64,000 nucleotides of DNA from an uncultured virus (IMG/VR IMGVR_UViG_3300049460_000369) (IMGVR_UViG_3300049460_000369), one strand, 5' to 3'; numbered from the stretch's first letter, positions 1 to 8,954 are shown. Notes: generated by a model from the letters alone, not told the origin. Numbers and translations are program-made.

Positions 1-402
1 CCGGACGAAGGTATTGAATCAGCCTGTCAAAACTGCAATGACAGTCTGCGCACTGGCGACATAGTGCTGCATACCAACCTCCGCCGCACTGAAGAAGAAG
101 TGGCCCGTATGATGGCTGCTGTTGATCTCAAATACAACCGTGTAAAGGGTGATGAAATGGCAACTGCAAAACAACTGAAGGCAGCGGATATCTCTGAAGT
201 GAAAGCCGTGAAGACCACGGATGGCAAACTGTTCGAAGACGGAGACGCCGCCCTGAAGCATCAAACCAATCTGAACTTCGAGAAGAAGATCCACGACTTC
301 GCAGAAGAATACGGCTACAGCGAGATGGGCCGTGATGGGCTGCGCACGTTGCTGATCGAACGTGCTGACGAACTGCTGGCTATCTTGTCCACGAAAGGCT
401 GA
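1..402 (+). CDS. hypothetical protein, 5'-partial (frame 1 is open from position 1)
   Basis: Frame 1 has no stop from base 1 to TGA at 400-402; phage-like codon usage. Confidence 0.7.
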   Translation, partial: PDEGIESACQNCNDSLRTGDIVLHTNLRRTEEEVARMMAAVDLKYNRVKGDEMATAKQLKAADISEVKAVKTTDGKLFEDGDAALKHQTNLNFEKKIHDFAEEYGYSEMGRDGLRTLLIERADELLAILSTKG

Positions 403-404
403 TC

Positions 405-674
405 GTGAAAGACTTCCTGGGCAAAGAAATGGCAAAGGATGACATCCTGATCATCCGTATGCCAGATTACGCGGGCTTGTGCCTCGCACGAGTGTTGGCT
501 TTCACGCCGCCGAAGGTGCGCGTTGAATACTTCAATACCTGGAACTACGGTCGTGACAAACCACGTCGCATGACCCGGCTGATCGAGTCGTACATGGTGG
601 CCAAAGTAGACGACGAATCAGCCACCGCCTACCGCACCCAACGGGGCGAACTGTTCAGTGAAGAACTGAATTAA
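405..674 (+). CDS. hypothetical protein
   Basis: 89-aa ORF with GTG start directly after the previous stop. Confidence 0.7.
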   Translation: MKDFLGKEMAKDDILIIRMPDYAGLCLARVLAFTPPKVRVEYFNTWNYGRDKPRRMTRLIESYMVAKVDDESATAYRTQRGELFSEELN

Positions 675-997
675 CGTGTAAAGACCTGATGGCGTTGATT
701 CAACGTCGTCATATTTTCTGTGTCAAGCTTCATACGGTTAAATGCCTGTGTGAGGTTTGGCACTTCACCTTTTACCAACACAATGAATTGATCAAAGCGA
801 TCAATATCCCCAGCATTCTTCAATTGAGACTTCACCAGATAACCGGCAATCTTCTCCATCTTACTCAACGTCTGCAACGCATAGTTGGCATCGATTTCTT
901 CATTGAGCGATAACTGCTCACGAGCACTTGCGAATAAGTTGATGGCTTCATTGACGAAGGCCAGTTTATACCTGTTGTGAATTTCATTATACCGCAT
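671..997 (-). CDS. hypothetical late protein, possible internal head protein
   Basis: AGGAG RBS, ATAAATA late-type box at 1016-1022 (-), N-terminus MRYNEI. Confidence 0.65.
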   Translation of the reverse strand: MRYNEIHNRYKLAFVNEAINLFASAREQLSLNEEIDANYALQTLSKMEKIAGYLVKSQLKNAGDIDRFDQFIVLVKGEVPNLTQAFNRMKLDTENMTTLNQRHQVFTR

Positions 998-1026
998 GAT
1001 GTCTCCTTGAAGTCGTATTTATCAAC

Positions 1027-1055
1027 TTGACTAAATGAACATTTGGCTTTATACT
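1027..1055 (+). promoter_or_regulatory. sigma70-type early promoter TTGACT-N17-TATACT
   Basis: Consensus -35/-10 with 17-nt spacer containing AAATGAAC. Confidence 0.7.
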
Positions 1056-1077
1056 ATGGCATCTAAAGGAGGAAGCC

Positions 1078-1248
1078 ATGCTGTCTGCATTGATTGATGA
1101 AATGATTGACTTGAAACTGGCTGGCGAACCGCGCGAAAGCGATTGGATATCAATTGACGAACGCTCGGCCCGACGCAAAGCCTACTGGGCACGTCTGGAA
1201 GAACTGAAGGTTCTGATTGACAACATCGTGGCGGCGGTGGAAAAATGA
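1078..1248 (+). CDS. small hypothetical protein (56 aa, MLSALIDEMIDLKLAGEP...), below ORF-track cutoff
   Basis: AAGGAGG RBS, follows promoter, stop overlaps next ATG. Confidence 0.75.
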   Translation: MLSALIDEMIDLKLAGEPRESDWISIDERSARRKAYWARLEELKVLIDNIVAAVEK

Positions 1249-1499
1249 AGGCCGGCTCTGTGGTGAAAATTCCCGGCTGGCGCCGCCGGGGTGTGATCCT
1301 GCAAGTAACCCAGGCTGACATCCTGAAGGGCATTGACGTAAAGACTCCTGGTTTATACCTGTTTTCAGGTATGTGGTACGGGAAAGATCCCAATAATCAC
1401 ATGTCGTTCGGCAAAATCCAGACACCGTTCGGCCGGGTAATTGGCAACCTGCGAGGCACCAAAGCACTCACGGGCTACCGGCATACCAAGTTCACGTAA
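1245..1499 (+). CDS. hypothetical protein
   Basis: ATGA overlap with upstream gene. Confidence 0.65.
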   Translation: MKAGSVVKIPGWRRRGVILQVTQADILKGIDVKTPGLYLFSGMWYGKDPNNHMSFGKIQTPFGRVIGNLRGTKALTGYRHTKFT

Positions 1500-1558
1500 G
1501 AAATATTGCACTCAGGAATAATGGCACCTACCATGGTGCCATTATTTTTGGAGTTGTC

Positions 1559-1891
1559 ATGGAATTCATTCTCTGGTTCGTCATTACGGTATTCACTTGT
1601 TCATTGACCTTGGCCGGGTTGCTGATGCCTTGGGCATTATGGGCATGGATCATTCGCGACATTTATGATCAAACTTATTGGCCAGGATTCATTTATGTTA
1701 TCGGTGGAATATTCACGGCGTGCATTCCACTAGCATTCAACTTATTGGTTATAGCAAACTTGATGACCAGTCAGATAGCTCCTGTGATCTTCAATGGGCC
1801 GTTTCATATGGTGGAAACTATGCGCCAACAAACTGAAGAGAAGCTCAAGAACGAGCGTGCTGCCCAGAAAGCAACCAGTTGTCATGAATAA
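1559..1891 (+). CDS. hypothetical membrane protein (2 TM)
   Basis: GGAG RBS, two hydrophobic segments. Confidence 0.7.
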   Translation: MEFILWFVITVFTCSLTLAGLLMPWALWAWIIRDIYDQTYWPGFIYVIGGIFTACIPLAFNLLVIANLMTSQIAPVIFNGPFHMVETMRQQTEEKLKNERAAQKATSCHE

Positions 1892-2050
1892 CATTTGGTG
1901 ACTACTGGTGACTGCCTAGTCAGCCCCATGACGTAATAACCATGGACTGAATATTAGAGGCCACATTCACTCTGTAATGAATATATTCGCTTGACTTATG
2001 GCGTATGGCGCTATAGAGTGTGAATGCTTTTATTACTTAAATGACATTCA

Positions 2051-2542
2051 ATGGCTGCTAAACGCAACAAGAAATACCAACCTCGCGGTGAAAATCCCAA
2101 TCCCCTGAACCCGTTTTTGACCCAAGTTGAACTTGTTGGTCTGAAACGCTTAGGCCAAAACGCGATCGGCAACTTCATTATGGGCACGGGTACCCAACGA
2201 CACTGGTGCGATTTGGCTTGTCGCCTTATCGTTGGTCGCAAACTGGTGATGAGTTACTTCAATGAACACGAAGTAGCGGCTCAGATTCATAACAACATCG
2301 CCCGGCTGATTCAGCTGTACGATGTTGAAGGTAAGAAGCCAAATGGCACCTGGTCGTTGACCGAATTTGATATCGATTGTATCAAGGCCAACTTGGATGT
2401 GATCGACGATATCCTGCCGCAAGTGACCCGCAAAGAATACGGCAACATCTACGGCCCAATCGCGAAGATCCAGATCAACGAACTGGTAAGCGAGAACTGC
2501 ACCTGGGAAGAATACCAAGAGATGAATGCAGTAACCAAGTAA
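2051..2542 (+). CDS. hypothetical protein
   Basis: 163-aa ORF with basic N-terminus. Confidence 0.75.
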   Translation: MAAKRNKKYQPRGENPNPLNPFLTQVELVGLKRLGQNAIGNFIMGTGTQRHWCDLACRLIVGRKLVMSYFNEHEVAAQIHNNIARLIQLYDVEGKKPNGTWSLTEFDIDCIKANLDVIDDILPQVTRKEYGNIYGPIAKIQINELVSENCTWEEYQEMNAVTK

Positions 2543-2614
2543 GCCCGTTGGAGTTGATTGGCTTTACACCATTCATCCAGTGTAGTATCATATGAGAATC
2601 TAAGGAGGATCATT

Positions 2615-2935
2615 ATGTCGTCTTATACAATCAATTGGGTTGGACACGTCCTGAACCCAGCCGAACACCACGACAAGATCTGGGGCTACATGACGACCTC
2701 AGGTGGTGGCGTGTACACGTTCTGGGCCGGTCGTGGTAAGCCCATTCAGTTCAAACGCATGCCGTCGACCTGGACAGCCCAGGAGGTGCGCGATACCAAA
2801 GCAAGCAAGCGCAAAGATCCATATCGCGTCAAGTCTGTTGAACAGATGAGCATTCTCTGGCCGGAGTTCAATGAACATCTGGAAAGCTGCTACGCGATGG
2901 CCAAACTGTCCGGAAAAATACGCACGGACGAGTAA
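2615..2935 (+). CDS. hypothetical protein (WGR-like W/G-rich motifs)
   Basis: AAGGAGG RBS before ATG 2615; DKIWG...FWAGRG. Confidence 0.7.
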   Translation: MSSYTINWVGHVLNPAEHHDKIWGYMTTSGGGVYTFWAGRGKPIQFKRMPSTWTAQEVRDTKASKRKDPYRVKSVEQMSILWPEFNEHLESCYAMAKLSGKIRTDE

Positions 2936-2960
2936 CACAATAGCTATTTAGGAGATAAAA

Positions 2961-3653
2961 ATTCGAATCCTCGGAAAACAACACGACTTCTATGACAGTG
3001 CATTGGCGCACGGCGCCGACAACCGCGTCGTATTCATGCGCGAGCTGCAAGAATTCAAAAGCGAACAAGTGCCAGTAACTGCCGTCAGCCGTGTTCATGG
3101 TTTGAACCACGCCCGCAAGACCAACCACCTGGAGATGAATTTCACCTGTGTGACGGTGGGACTCTGCGGTAAGGTTTATCGCGGGATCAACATTGATGTT
3201 GTCCCCAAAATGTTCAATGACGGCGGATTTGAACGCGTCAACAAAACGGTCTACGACTTCGACACCTTCATGGCTATCGTCAATGAACATGAAGTTGAGC
3301 TGACCCAAACCCGGTACAAATGGCAGAGGCTGCCAGAGCTGGTGGATCAGATTAAAGCCTACTTTGCTGCTCAGGGCACCAATGAATGGGAAGACTTCAT
3401 GGTCACCAACAAGCTGGTGACTTTGGCACACGGCATTGGCCCTCACTACCAAGGCAACGGCACTCTGAAGCAGTACGAATTTTACCGCGTCATGGATGCG
3501 TTCCAGACGTATCAGGAAATTGACATGTATGTTTCCGGCACGCTTACCACACCGGATGCACCAATGATCGAACTGACTGAAAAGGATCGCGTCCAGCAGC
3601 ACGGCTTCGACAAATATTCGTTCCGGCACAAACCACAAGTGAAAAAAGCTTGA
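2961..3653 (+). CDS. phage hypothetical protein with probable ATT (AUU) start
   Basis: TAGGAG at 2949-2954, in-frame ATT 6 nt later; reads (M)RILGKQHDFYD...HGFDKYSFRH. Confidence 0.65.
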   Translation: MRILGKQHDFYDSALAHGADNRVVFMRELQEFKSEQVPVTAVSRVHGLNHARKTNHLEMNFTCVTVGLCGKVYRGINIDVVPKMFNDGGFERVNKTVYDFDTFMAIVNEHEVELTQTRYKWQRLPELVDQIKAYFAAQGTNEWEDFMVTNKLVTLAHGIGPHYQGNGTLKQYEFYRVMDAFQTYQEIDMYVSGTLTTPDAPMIELTEKDRVQQHGFDKYSFRHKPQVKKA

Positions 3654-3678
3654 ATCTTGTACCATATGAATATATAAT
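3650..3678 (+). promoter_or_regulatory. early promoter TTGAAT-N17-TATAAT with CATATGAA spacer box
   Basis: Direct reading of sequence. Confidence 0.7.
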
Positions 3679-3707
3679 GTTCGTATGTTAAGCTAAGGAG
3701 CAACTCG

Positions 3708-3950
3708 TTGAACGATAAAGTGAAAGCATCAATCCGAACTGTGCTATACCGTGAGAACGGCAAAACCACTATCTCGAATATGCTGGGCGTTCTGCGCAAC
3801 ATGGGGCATACTCACTTGGGCACTGCTGATGAGTTTGCTCGCTACTGCCAGGCTGACGGCTACCGTATTGAATATCAGTATAAGAAGAGCCAGCCTAACG
3901 GCAAGCCCTCGCGCACCTACATTCTCCTCCCCGAAATGGAAATGGCATAA
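3708..3950 (+). CDS. hypothetical protein
   Basis: AAGGAG RBS, TTG start. Confidence 0.7.
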   Translation: MNDKVKASIRTVLYRENGKTTISNMLGVLRNMGHTHLGTADEFARYCQADGYRIEYQYKKSQPNGKPSRTYILLPEMEMA

Positions 3951-4225
3951 TGCTGACCCGTCTCTTCCCTCGCCGCGCCGCACCATTGCGTCAAAGCGGC
4001 AAATCCAATCAGCCACACATGATCAATACCTGGCGTGGTTTCGTGAACGACATTGGCAACGAAATCCGGTTCACGAGCGACAGCCGTATGGCAAGCGTGT
4101 ATCCCACCTTCGAGGCTGCCGATGCGTTTGCTAAAGACGTCGTGATGCCAATGCTCTTGGCCCAGGCCAAAGCTGAAGGGCGCAATATTCACAAGCAATA
4201 CTTCGCCATCCTCATCACTGCATGA
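3950..4225 (+). CDS. hypothetical protein
   Basis: Coupled to upstream stop. Confidence 0.65.
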   Translation: MLTRLFPRRAAPLRQSGKSNQPHMINTWRGFVNDIGNEIRFTSDSRMASVYPTFEAADAFAKDVVMPMLLAQAKAEGRNIHKQYFAILITA

Positions 4226-4638
4226 GCATATGCTGTCCAGCATGTTCAACACTGACCGTTGATAAGTCACTCCAACGGTCAATCACCTCCCGGGGTGTAA
4301 AATATCCATTCACTTGGTGGCATACTGTATGCCCCAATTGCAGCCTGGATGTCATCCCAAGTGACCTATCTCAAATCAATCGCAATGCGTATGATCAAGT
4401 ATGCCTCACCATACCTGATTTTATCAACCCAAGTTTAATCCTGACCATCCGGGAAATTTACGACTTCACTCAGAGCGAAGCTGGTGAATACTTTGGCGTA
4501 TCGCTTGTGGTCTGGCAAGCATTTGAGCTTGGGAATCTGGAGCCAGAACCAACACTGGTTGCCACCATGAAAGCGGCCTTGGCATCATGCGATGCAATGA
4601 TTGACATCATTCTGGCCTCTCGCCCAATATCCGCTTGA
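4222..4638 (+). CDS. MqsA-like zinc-ribbon + XRE HTH protein (orphan antitoxin-like)
   Basis: CPAC...CPNC zinc ribbon then IREIYDFTQSEAGEYFG...WQAFELG..EP HTH. Confidence 0.7.
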   Translation: MSICCPACSTLTVDKSLQRSITSRGVKYPFTWWHTVCPNCSLDVIPSDLSQINRNAYDQVCLTIPDFINPSLILTIREIYDFTQSEAGEYFGVSLVVWQAFELGNLEPEPTLVATMKAALASCDAMIDIILASRPISA

Positions 4639-4663
4639 TCTTTTATTCATTTGAACCTATACT
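4635..4663 (+). promoter_or_regulatory. early promoter TTGATC-N17-TATACT with TTCATTTGAA box
   Basis: Direct reading of sequence. Confidence 0.75.
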
Positions 4664-4689
4664 TGAGTTATCTAACTTGGGAGGTTTAA

Positions 4690-4896
4690 ATGGCAAAATC
4701 CAAAGATCCACTGGCAAACCTGCAAAAGCAGATCGAAGCCAGCAAAAAACGCATCGCCAGCGAACGCGACAAACTGCGCGGCCTGGTGGAGGATGCGCAG
4801 ATGATCCTCGACAACGCTGACCGTGCCACCGAAGAGCTGGAAGAAGCACGTCGCTCCATCGAACGCGCCGCCGACACGCTGAGCGAGCACCTGTGA
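4690..4896 (+). CDS. small coiled-coil protein
   Basis: GGAGG RBS; heptad-rich helix. Confidence 0.75.
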   Translation: MAKSKDPLANLQKQIEASKKRIASERDKLRGLVEDAQMILDNADRATEELEEARRSIERAADTLSEHL

Positions 4897-5195
4897 TGCG
4901 CACCGTTAACCCATGGGCACAGGCCATCCTCGACGTCATCCGCGTCGTCACCCCACACGTCGTTGCTGAGCTGGAAGACGACATGGGCGAGGGAGTCGAA
5001 ATCAAGAAAGTCGATGGCGACAAGATCCGCCAAGCTCTCAAGAAAGTTGGTTACAAGCCAACCGAATCCGAACACAACATGTGGATCATCCCAAGCTCCG
5101 CAATGAAACAGACTGGCATCACGATCGACTACCGGAACGACATGGACTATGAACCAGATCACTGCCTGATCGTGTTCTACGACCTCAGCATGTAA
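4893..5195 (+). CDS. hypothetical protein
   Basis: Coupled ORF ending before terminator. Confidence 0.7.
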   Translation: MMRTVNPWAQAILDVIRVVTPHVVAELEDDMGEGVEIKKVDGDKIRQALKKVGYKPTESEHNMWIIPSSAMKQTGITIDYRNDMDYEPDHCLIVFYDLSM

Positions 5196-5215
5196 AACGT
5201 CACCAGTTGTCACGC

Positions 5216-5244
5216 AAGGGCCCAGTATATACTGGGCCCTTTTC
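5216..5244 (+). terminator. intrinsic terminator
   Basis: Perfect palindrome AAGGGCCCAGTATATACTGGGCCCTT followed by T-run. Confidence 0.75.
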
Positions 5245-5384
5245 TTATCGAACGTCGACCATATGACAACGTGGCTTGTGCCATGCGAGTAACTGATTAT
5301 CATAAAATTATGTAAACTATTTTGATTGCCGAAAAACTTGCAGTAATATTAAGACTCTACTAACAAGCAATCAACTTTTCACAT

Positions 5385-5795
5385 ATGAAGAAACTTGATT
5401 TAACCGATGACGAACGCAAAGAGCATATTCGTCAACAAAGACGTGAATGGCGTAAAAACAATCCTGAAAAGGTGAAAGAACAGCGCGATCGCTATCGTGC
5501 AAAAGTCCGTGACAAACGCGACGAGTTGCGCGCTGCTGGTGAACCTATCACTGGACGCTGGTCTACTGGCTATGGGCGTGGCCGTCCAAAGCTTGGCGAA
5601 AATCGCCCACCAAGTAAAAACGCCCAGGATGCCAAAAAGTATCGTGAAAATAACGAGAAGTGGCGTGAGTACAATCGCAATAAGCAAGCCGAATGGTCTG
5701 AGAAGAATCCAGAGCGTCGTCGTGAGATTTCACGCGAGTATTATAAGCGTCGCAAAGCCAGATCGGCGGAGAAAGACAAGGACGATAGTCAATAA
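5385..5795 (+). CDS. basic helical-repeat (WxxxNPEK) protein with AT-hook-like GRGRPK; putative DNA-binding
   Basis: Repeats WRKNNPEKV, WSEKNPER; GRGRPK. Confidence 0.65.
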   Translation: MKKLDLTDDERKEHIRQQRREWRKNNPEKVKEQRDRYRAKVRDKRDELRAAGEPITGRWSTGYGRGRPKLGENRPPSKNAQDAKKYRENNEKWREYNRNKQAEWSEKNPERRREISREYYKRRKARSAEKDKDDSQ

Positions 5796-5861
5796 ACCAG
5801 CTTATATTTGCCATTTTGTTTCCGCCTGCTACTATGCCATTTTTAACTCGAAGGAAACAAA

Positions 5862-6299
5862 ATGGCGCAGTTCACTCCAGAAGAAAAACAAGAATTCACC
5901 CGCCTGAAAATGAAAGCATATCGCATCAAGAATGCGACCAAGCTTTCCATGCAAGCTGCTGCTCGTTATCAAGAAAATCGCGAGCATATGTTGAACACCG
6001 TTAAGGCATATGCTACCGCCAATCCTGAAAAGGTACGGGCTTCGGTTGCTCGTTGGCAAGCAGCGAATCCAGAAAAGGTTCGTGAGTATTCCAAGCAATG
6101 GCGCCAAAACAATCCGGAAAAAGCAAAGGCCGCCGTAGCTGCATGGCGTGCTGCAAATCCAGAGAAAGTAAAGGAATACAACGAACGTTCGCGTCTGAAA
6201 CGTCAAGCAGCCAAGAAAACCCAAGTGGTTGTTTCGGCACCAACGTCCTTCACCAGTCTGGCTGATCTGAACGCCTTGGTTAAAAACATTACCAAGTAA
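5862..6299 (+). CDS. basic helical-repeat (W/YxxxNPEK x4) protein; putative DNA-binding
   Basis: Four tandem 15-aa NPEK repeats; AAGGA RBS. Confidence 0.7.
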   Translation: MAQFTPEEKQEFTRLKMKAYRIKNATKLSMQAAARYQENREHMLNTVKAYATANPEKVRASVARWQAANPEKVREYSKQWRQNNPEKAKAAVAAWRAANPEKVKEYNERSRLKRQAAKKTQVVVSAPTSFTSLADLNALVKNITK

Positions 6300-6315
6300 T
6301 CGTTTCGCGACATCA

Positions 6316-6347
6316 GAAAGCCGTCAGATTTATTTTTGACGGCTTTC
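6316..6347 (+). terminator. probable intrinsic terminator
   Basis: GAAAGCCGTCA...TGACGGCTTTC hairpin followed by T-rich tract. Confidence 0.6.
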
Positions 6348-6449
6348 ACTTTTTCTATATCCTAAATATTGTCATGGCAATGATGCCATGCAAAAGAAGG
6401 CAGAAGTCCTCGCAAGTCGGCGGGGCAGAAGACCTTCAGGAGAAAATTT

Positions 6450-7121
6450 ATGTCGCAAGCTTTTGAGATCAACGGATCTACCGCAGTATCTACCACCACG
6501 GCAATCGAGTTCCTGCTCGACGAAACTGGTTCCATGATGTCAGTCTGGGATCAAACCATCGGTGGCTTCAATGAGTATGTAAACAGCCAGAAACTTCAAC
6601 CTGGTAACTGTTTGCTGACCCTCACCAAATTTGATAGCTCAGGCGTCAACACCGTCTATCAAGACAGCAACATCCAATCCGTACCTATGCTGGATCGTAA
6701 CACCTACCGTCCAGGCGCAAGCACCAATCTGTATGATGCAATTGGCCAACGCATCAAAGCCCTGGAAGCTCGTGTGGCAACCATGCCTGCTGATACATCG
6801 GCATTGATCGTTATCATGACTGATGGTCAAGACAATGCAAGCCGCGAACACAGCGCAGAAACGATCAAAGTTCTGATCAAGGACAAAGAAGCAGCAGGTT
6901 GGACTTTCGTATTCTTGGGTTCAAACCAAGACGCATGGTCGGTCGGCCAGACGTTTGGTATGTCAAAGGGCAATACGATGACCTATGACGCATTTGACGT
7001 CAAGGGCGCAATGGGCACGCTGAGCAATGCCACCACGGCATATCGTGGCCTTCGTGCAAGCGGTATGGTTGCGAGTGCCAGTGCATCGCATGACTTCTTC
7101 AGCAAAGCTGACAAGGAGTAA
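6450..7121 (+). CDS. von Willebrand factor A (vWA) domain protein
   Basis: MIDAS LLDETGSM, T in GASTNLYDAI, IMTDGQDN. Confidence 0.9.
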   Translation: MSQAFEINGSTAVSTTTAIEFLLDETGSMMSVWDQTIGGFNEYVNSQKLQPGNCLLTLTKFDSSGVNTVYQDSNIQSVPMLDRNTYRPGASTNLYDAIGQRIKALEARVATMPADTSALIVIMTDGQDNASREHSAETIKVLIKDKEAAGWTFVFLGSNQDAWSVGQTFGMSKGNTMTYDAFDVKGAMGTLSNATTAYRGLRASGMVASASASHDFFSKADKE

Positions 7122-7124
7122 TGT

Positions 7125-7994
7125 ATGTTCACCAATAATTGCGAACTGCGCGTTCTTGTCAAAGGACGTCCCATCACTGAATATTTCCATGAAGCCCAAA
7201 ACTTCATCGAAGGTCGTGAAGGTACTGAATTCGAAATCCAGGTACGCAACAAAACTGGCAACCGCATCATGGCGGTTGTTAGTGTCGATGGCCTGAGTGT
7301 AACTGAAGGTACGGCAGCTGGTCCCGATAGCTCTGGCTATGTGATCAATGCCTATCAGACGATTACTATTCCTGGTTGGAAATTAACCGGCGATCAAGCA
7401 GCCAAATTTACGTTTGGTTCCAAGTCGTCCAGCTATGTTGCCCAAGCTTCGGGCGATGCTTCCAATGCTGGTGTGATTGGCCTGATGCTTTGGAGTGAAA
7501 AGAAACCAGAAGTACGCTACGTCAAAGATGCGGTATACGGTGGTGCCCGCACTCCTTGGGATTACATCAAGGGTGGTGATCGCACCGTATGTGGTAGTGG
7601 CCTTGGTGATTATTTTGGCGCTACTCGTGGTATGGCTGGGTCTTTGCCCAACAGTATCATGAGCAATTCCACAGTGTCCAGCACTATGGCTTCCGCAAGC
7701 GCAGCGTCAATGGATAGCGATGTGACCTATGGTGCATCAGCGGCATCGATGTCAACTACAGTAGCCATCAATAACCTGGGTACTGAATTCGGCGCTGCCA
7801 CGACATTTAATACCACGTCTACAACCTTTAACAAGGATGTAGTTTTGGACACGCTGGCGATGTTCTACGACGATGCCAGGGGATTGAAGTCAAGAGGCAT
7901 TGTGCTGGCACAACCAGTACAAACACGAGCGACGCCTACGCCTAACCCATTCCCGGCAATGGGTTGCACTCCACCTAAAGGCTGGAAAGGCTAA
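7125..7994 (+). CDS. hypothetical protein downstream of vWA gene
   Basis: 289 aa; VVSVDG...GYVI...IPGW motif; Ser/Ala-rich linker. Confidence 0.75.
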   Translation: MFTNNCELRVLVKGRPITEYFHEAQNFIEGREGTEFEIQVRNKTGNRIMAVVSVDGLSVTEGTAAGPDSSGYVINAYQTITIPGWKLTGDQAAKFTFGSKSSSYVAQASGDASNAGVIGLMLWSEKKPEVRYVKDAVYGGARTPWDYIKGGDRTVCGSGLGDYFGATRGMAGSLPNSIMSNSTVSSTMASASAASMDSDVTYGASAASMSTTVAINNLGTEFGAATTFNTTSTTFNKDVVLDTLAMFYDDARGLKSRGIVLAQPVQTRATPTPNPFPAMGCTPPKGWKG

Positions 7995-7996
7995 TG

Positions 7997-8022
7997 AAAA
8001 GGGAGCAACTGCTCCCTTTTTT
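7997..8022 (+). terminator. intrinsic terminator
   Basis: AAAAGGGAGCA-AC-TGCTCCCTTTTTT. Confidence 0.8.
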
Positions 8023-8027
8023 CAAAT

Positions 8028-8303
8028 ATGAATATTGTAATCAAACCTGAATGCAGTGGCACTCATCAGAATGAACGCTATACTGAAATGATCTATATGT
8101 ATGTCAACGATGATGATTACCTGCTCGCTGTCATAGATGGGATCGAAGTCTTTCCAGTATTGAAAGCTGGAAAGTGGTGGATCATTCCCAACAATGCTAA
8201 GAACGATGATGCGTTTGACGCCATAGGTCCATATGACAACGCAGAGGAGGTGGTTGTCATGCTCAGATTGATGGCTACTGAATATGAATTATATTCCAAT
8301 TGA
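8028..8303 (+). CDS. WWIIP-GPYD paralog family member 1
   Basis: KWWIIP...IGPYDNAEEVVVMLRL. Confidence 0.75.
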   Translation: MNIVIKPECSGTHQNERYTEMIYMYVNDDDYLLAVIDGIEVFPVLKAGKWWIIPNNAKNDDAFDAIGPYDNAEEVVVMLRLMATEYELYSN

Positions 8304-8353
8304 CTAACTGGTAAGTCGCATGTAGAATTCGGCCCTTTTACGAACATACTCAT

Positions 8354-8515
8354 ATGAACACGATCATCAAACTACTACTCGACTTCTTCCCAGACAACAA
8401 ACATTCGCCACTGGAAAAATATATTCTGGATGGACAACCGCAAAATACCGGCGATGTTGATATACTGACTCGTCAATTTCACAGATCATCGACCGGCTCG
8501 CCTGTTCGCTATTAA
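8354..8515 (+). CDS. small hypothetical protein (53 aa)
   Basis: MNTIIKLLLDFFPDNKHSPLEKYI...; fills the intergenic gap. Confidence 0.5.
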   Translation: MNTIIKLLLDFFPDNKHSPLEKYILDGQPQNTGDVDILTRQFHRSSTGSPVRY

Positions 8516-8892
8516 CGAATTTTAAACGGCTTACTGGTTGTCTGAAAGTCGTCTTTCCTCATCACAGATTTGGTAACTAATTCAGTATCAAGTCCATCGT
8601 GATTCACAACGAACGGCAAGTTGATGTGTGTCATAACATCCATCATTACGCCTTGTGTCTCATTTGGTAAGTCCATAATCTCTTTCCCGTAGAGTTGATA
8701 CTCTTTGCGGAACAGGCGAATCAATTCGCCCGGTGTGATCTTCTTTCCATTACGAATGTCTTCCAAACGTTCAATGAAGTGGGTAGTGAAGGTCACACTC
8801 ACACCAAGACGACCCCAAAGTTCGTCACAAAACTGCTTGACGGAATCCAATTCCGCCGATGTCATTTCAAAAATAAATTCACTTGCTCGCAT
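8512..8892 (-). CDS. hypothetical late protein, possible internal head protein
   Basis: GGGAG RBS, ATAAATA at 8914-8920 (-), N-terminus MRASEFIFE. Confidence 0.7.
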   Translation of the reverse strand: MRASEFIFEMTSAELDSVKQFCDELWGRLGVSVTFTTHFIERLEDIRNGKKITPGELIRLFRKEYQLYGKEIMDLPNETQGVMMDVMTHINLPFVVNHDGLDTELVTKSVMRKDDFQTTSKPFKIR

Positions 8893-8954
8893 AGCTGATC
8901 TCCCGACAACTGGTATTTATTGACTCAGACTGTTGGACGCCATAACATACACGC

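Noticed and set aside
6396..6437. Hairpin ribozyme (AGAA/GUC elements) in the vWA leader
   Set aside because: No loop B consensus is present; kept only as a generic structured leader.
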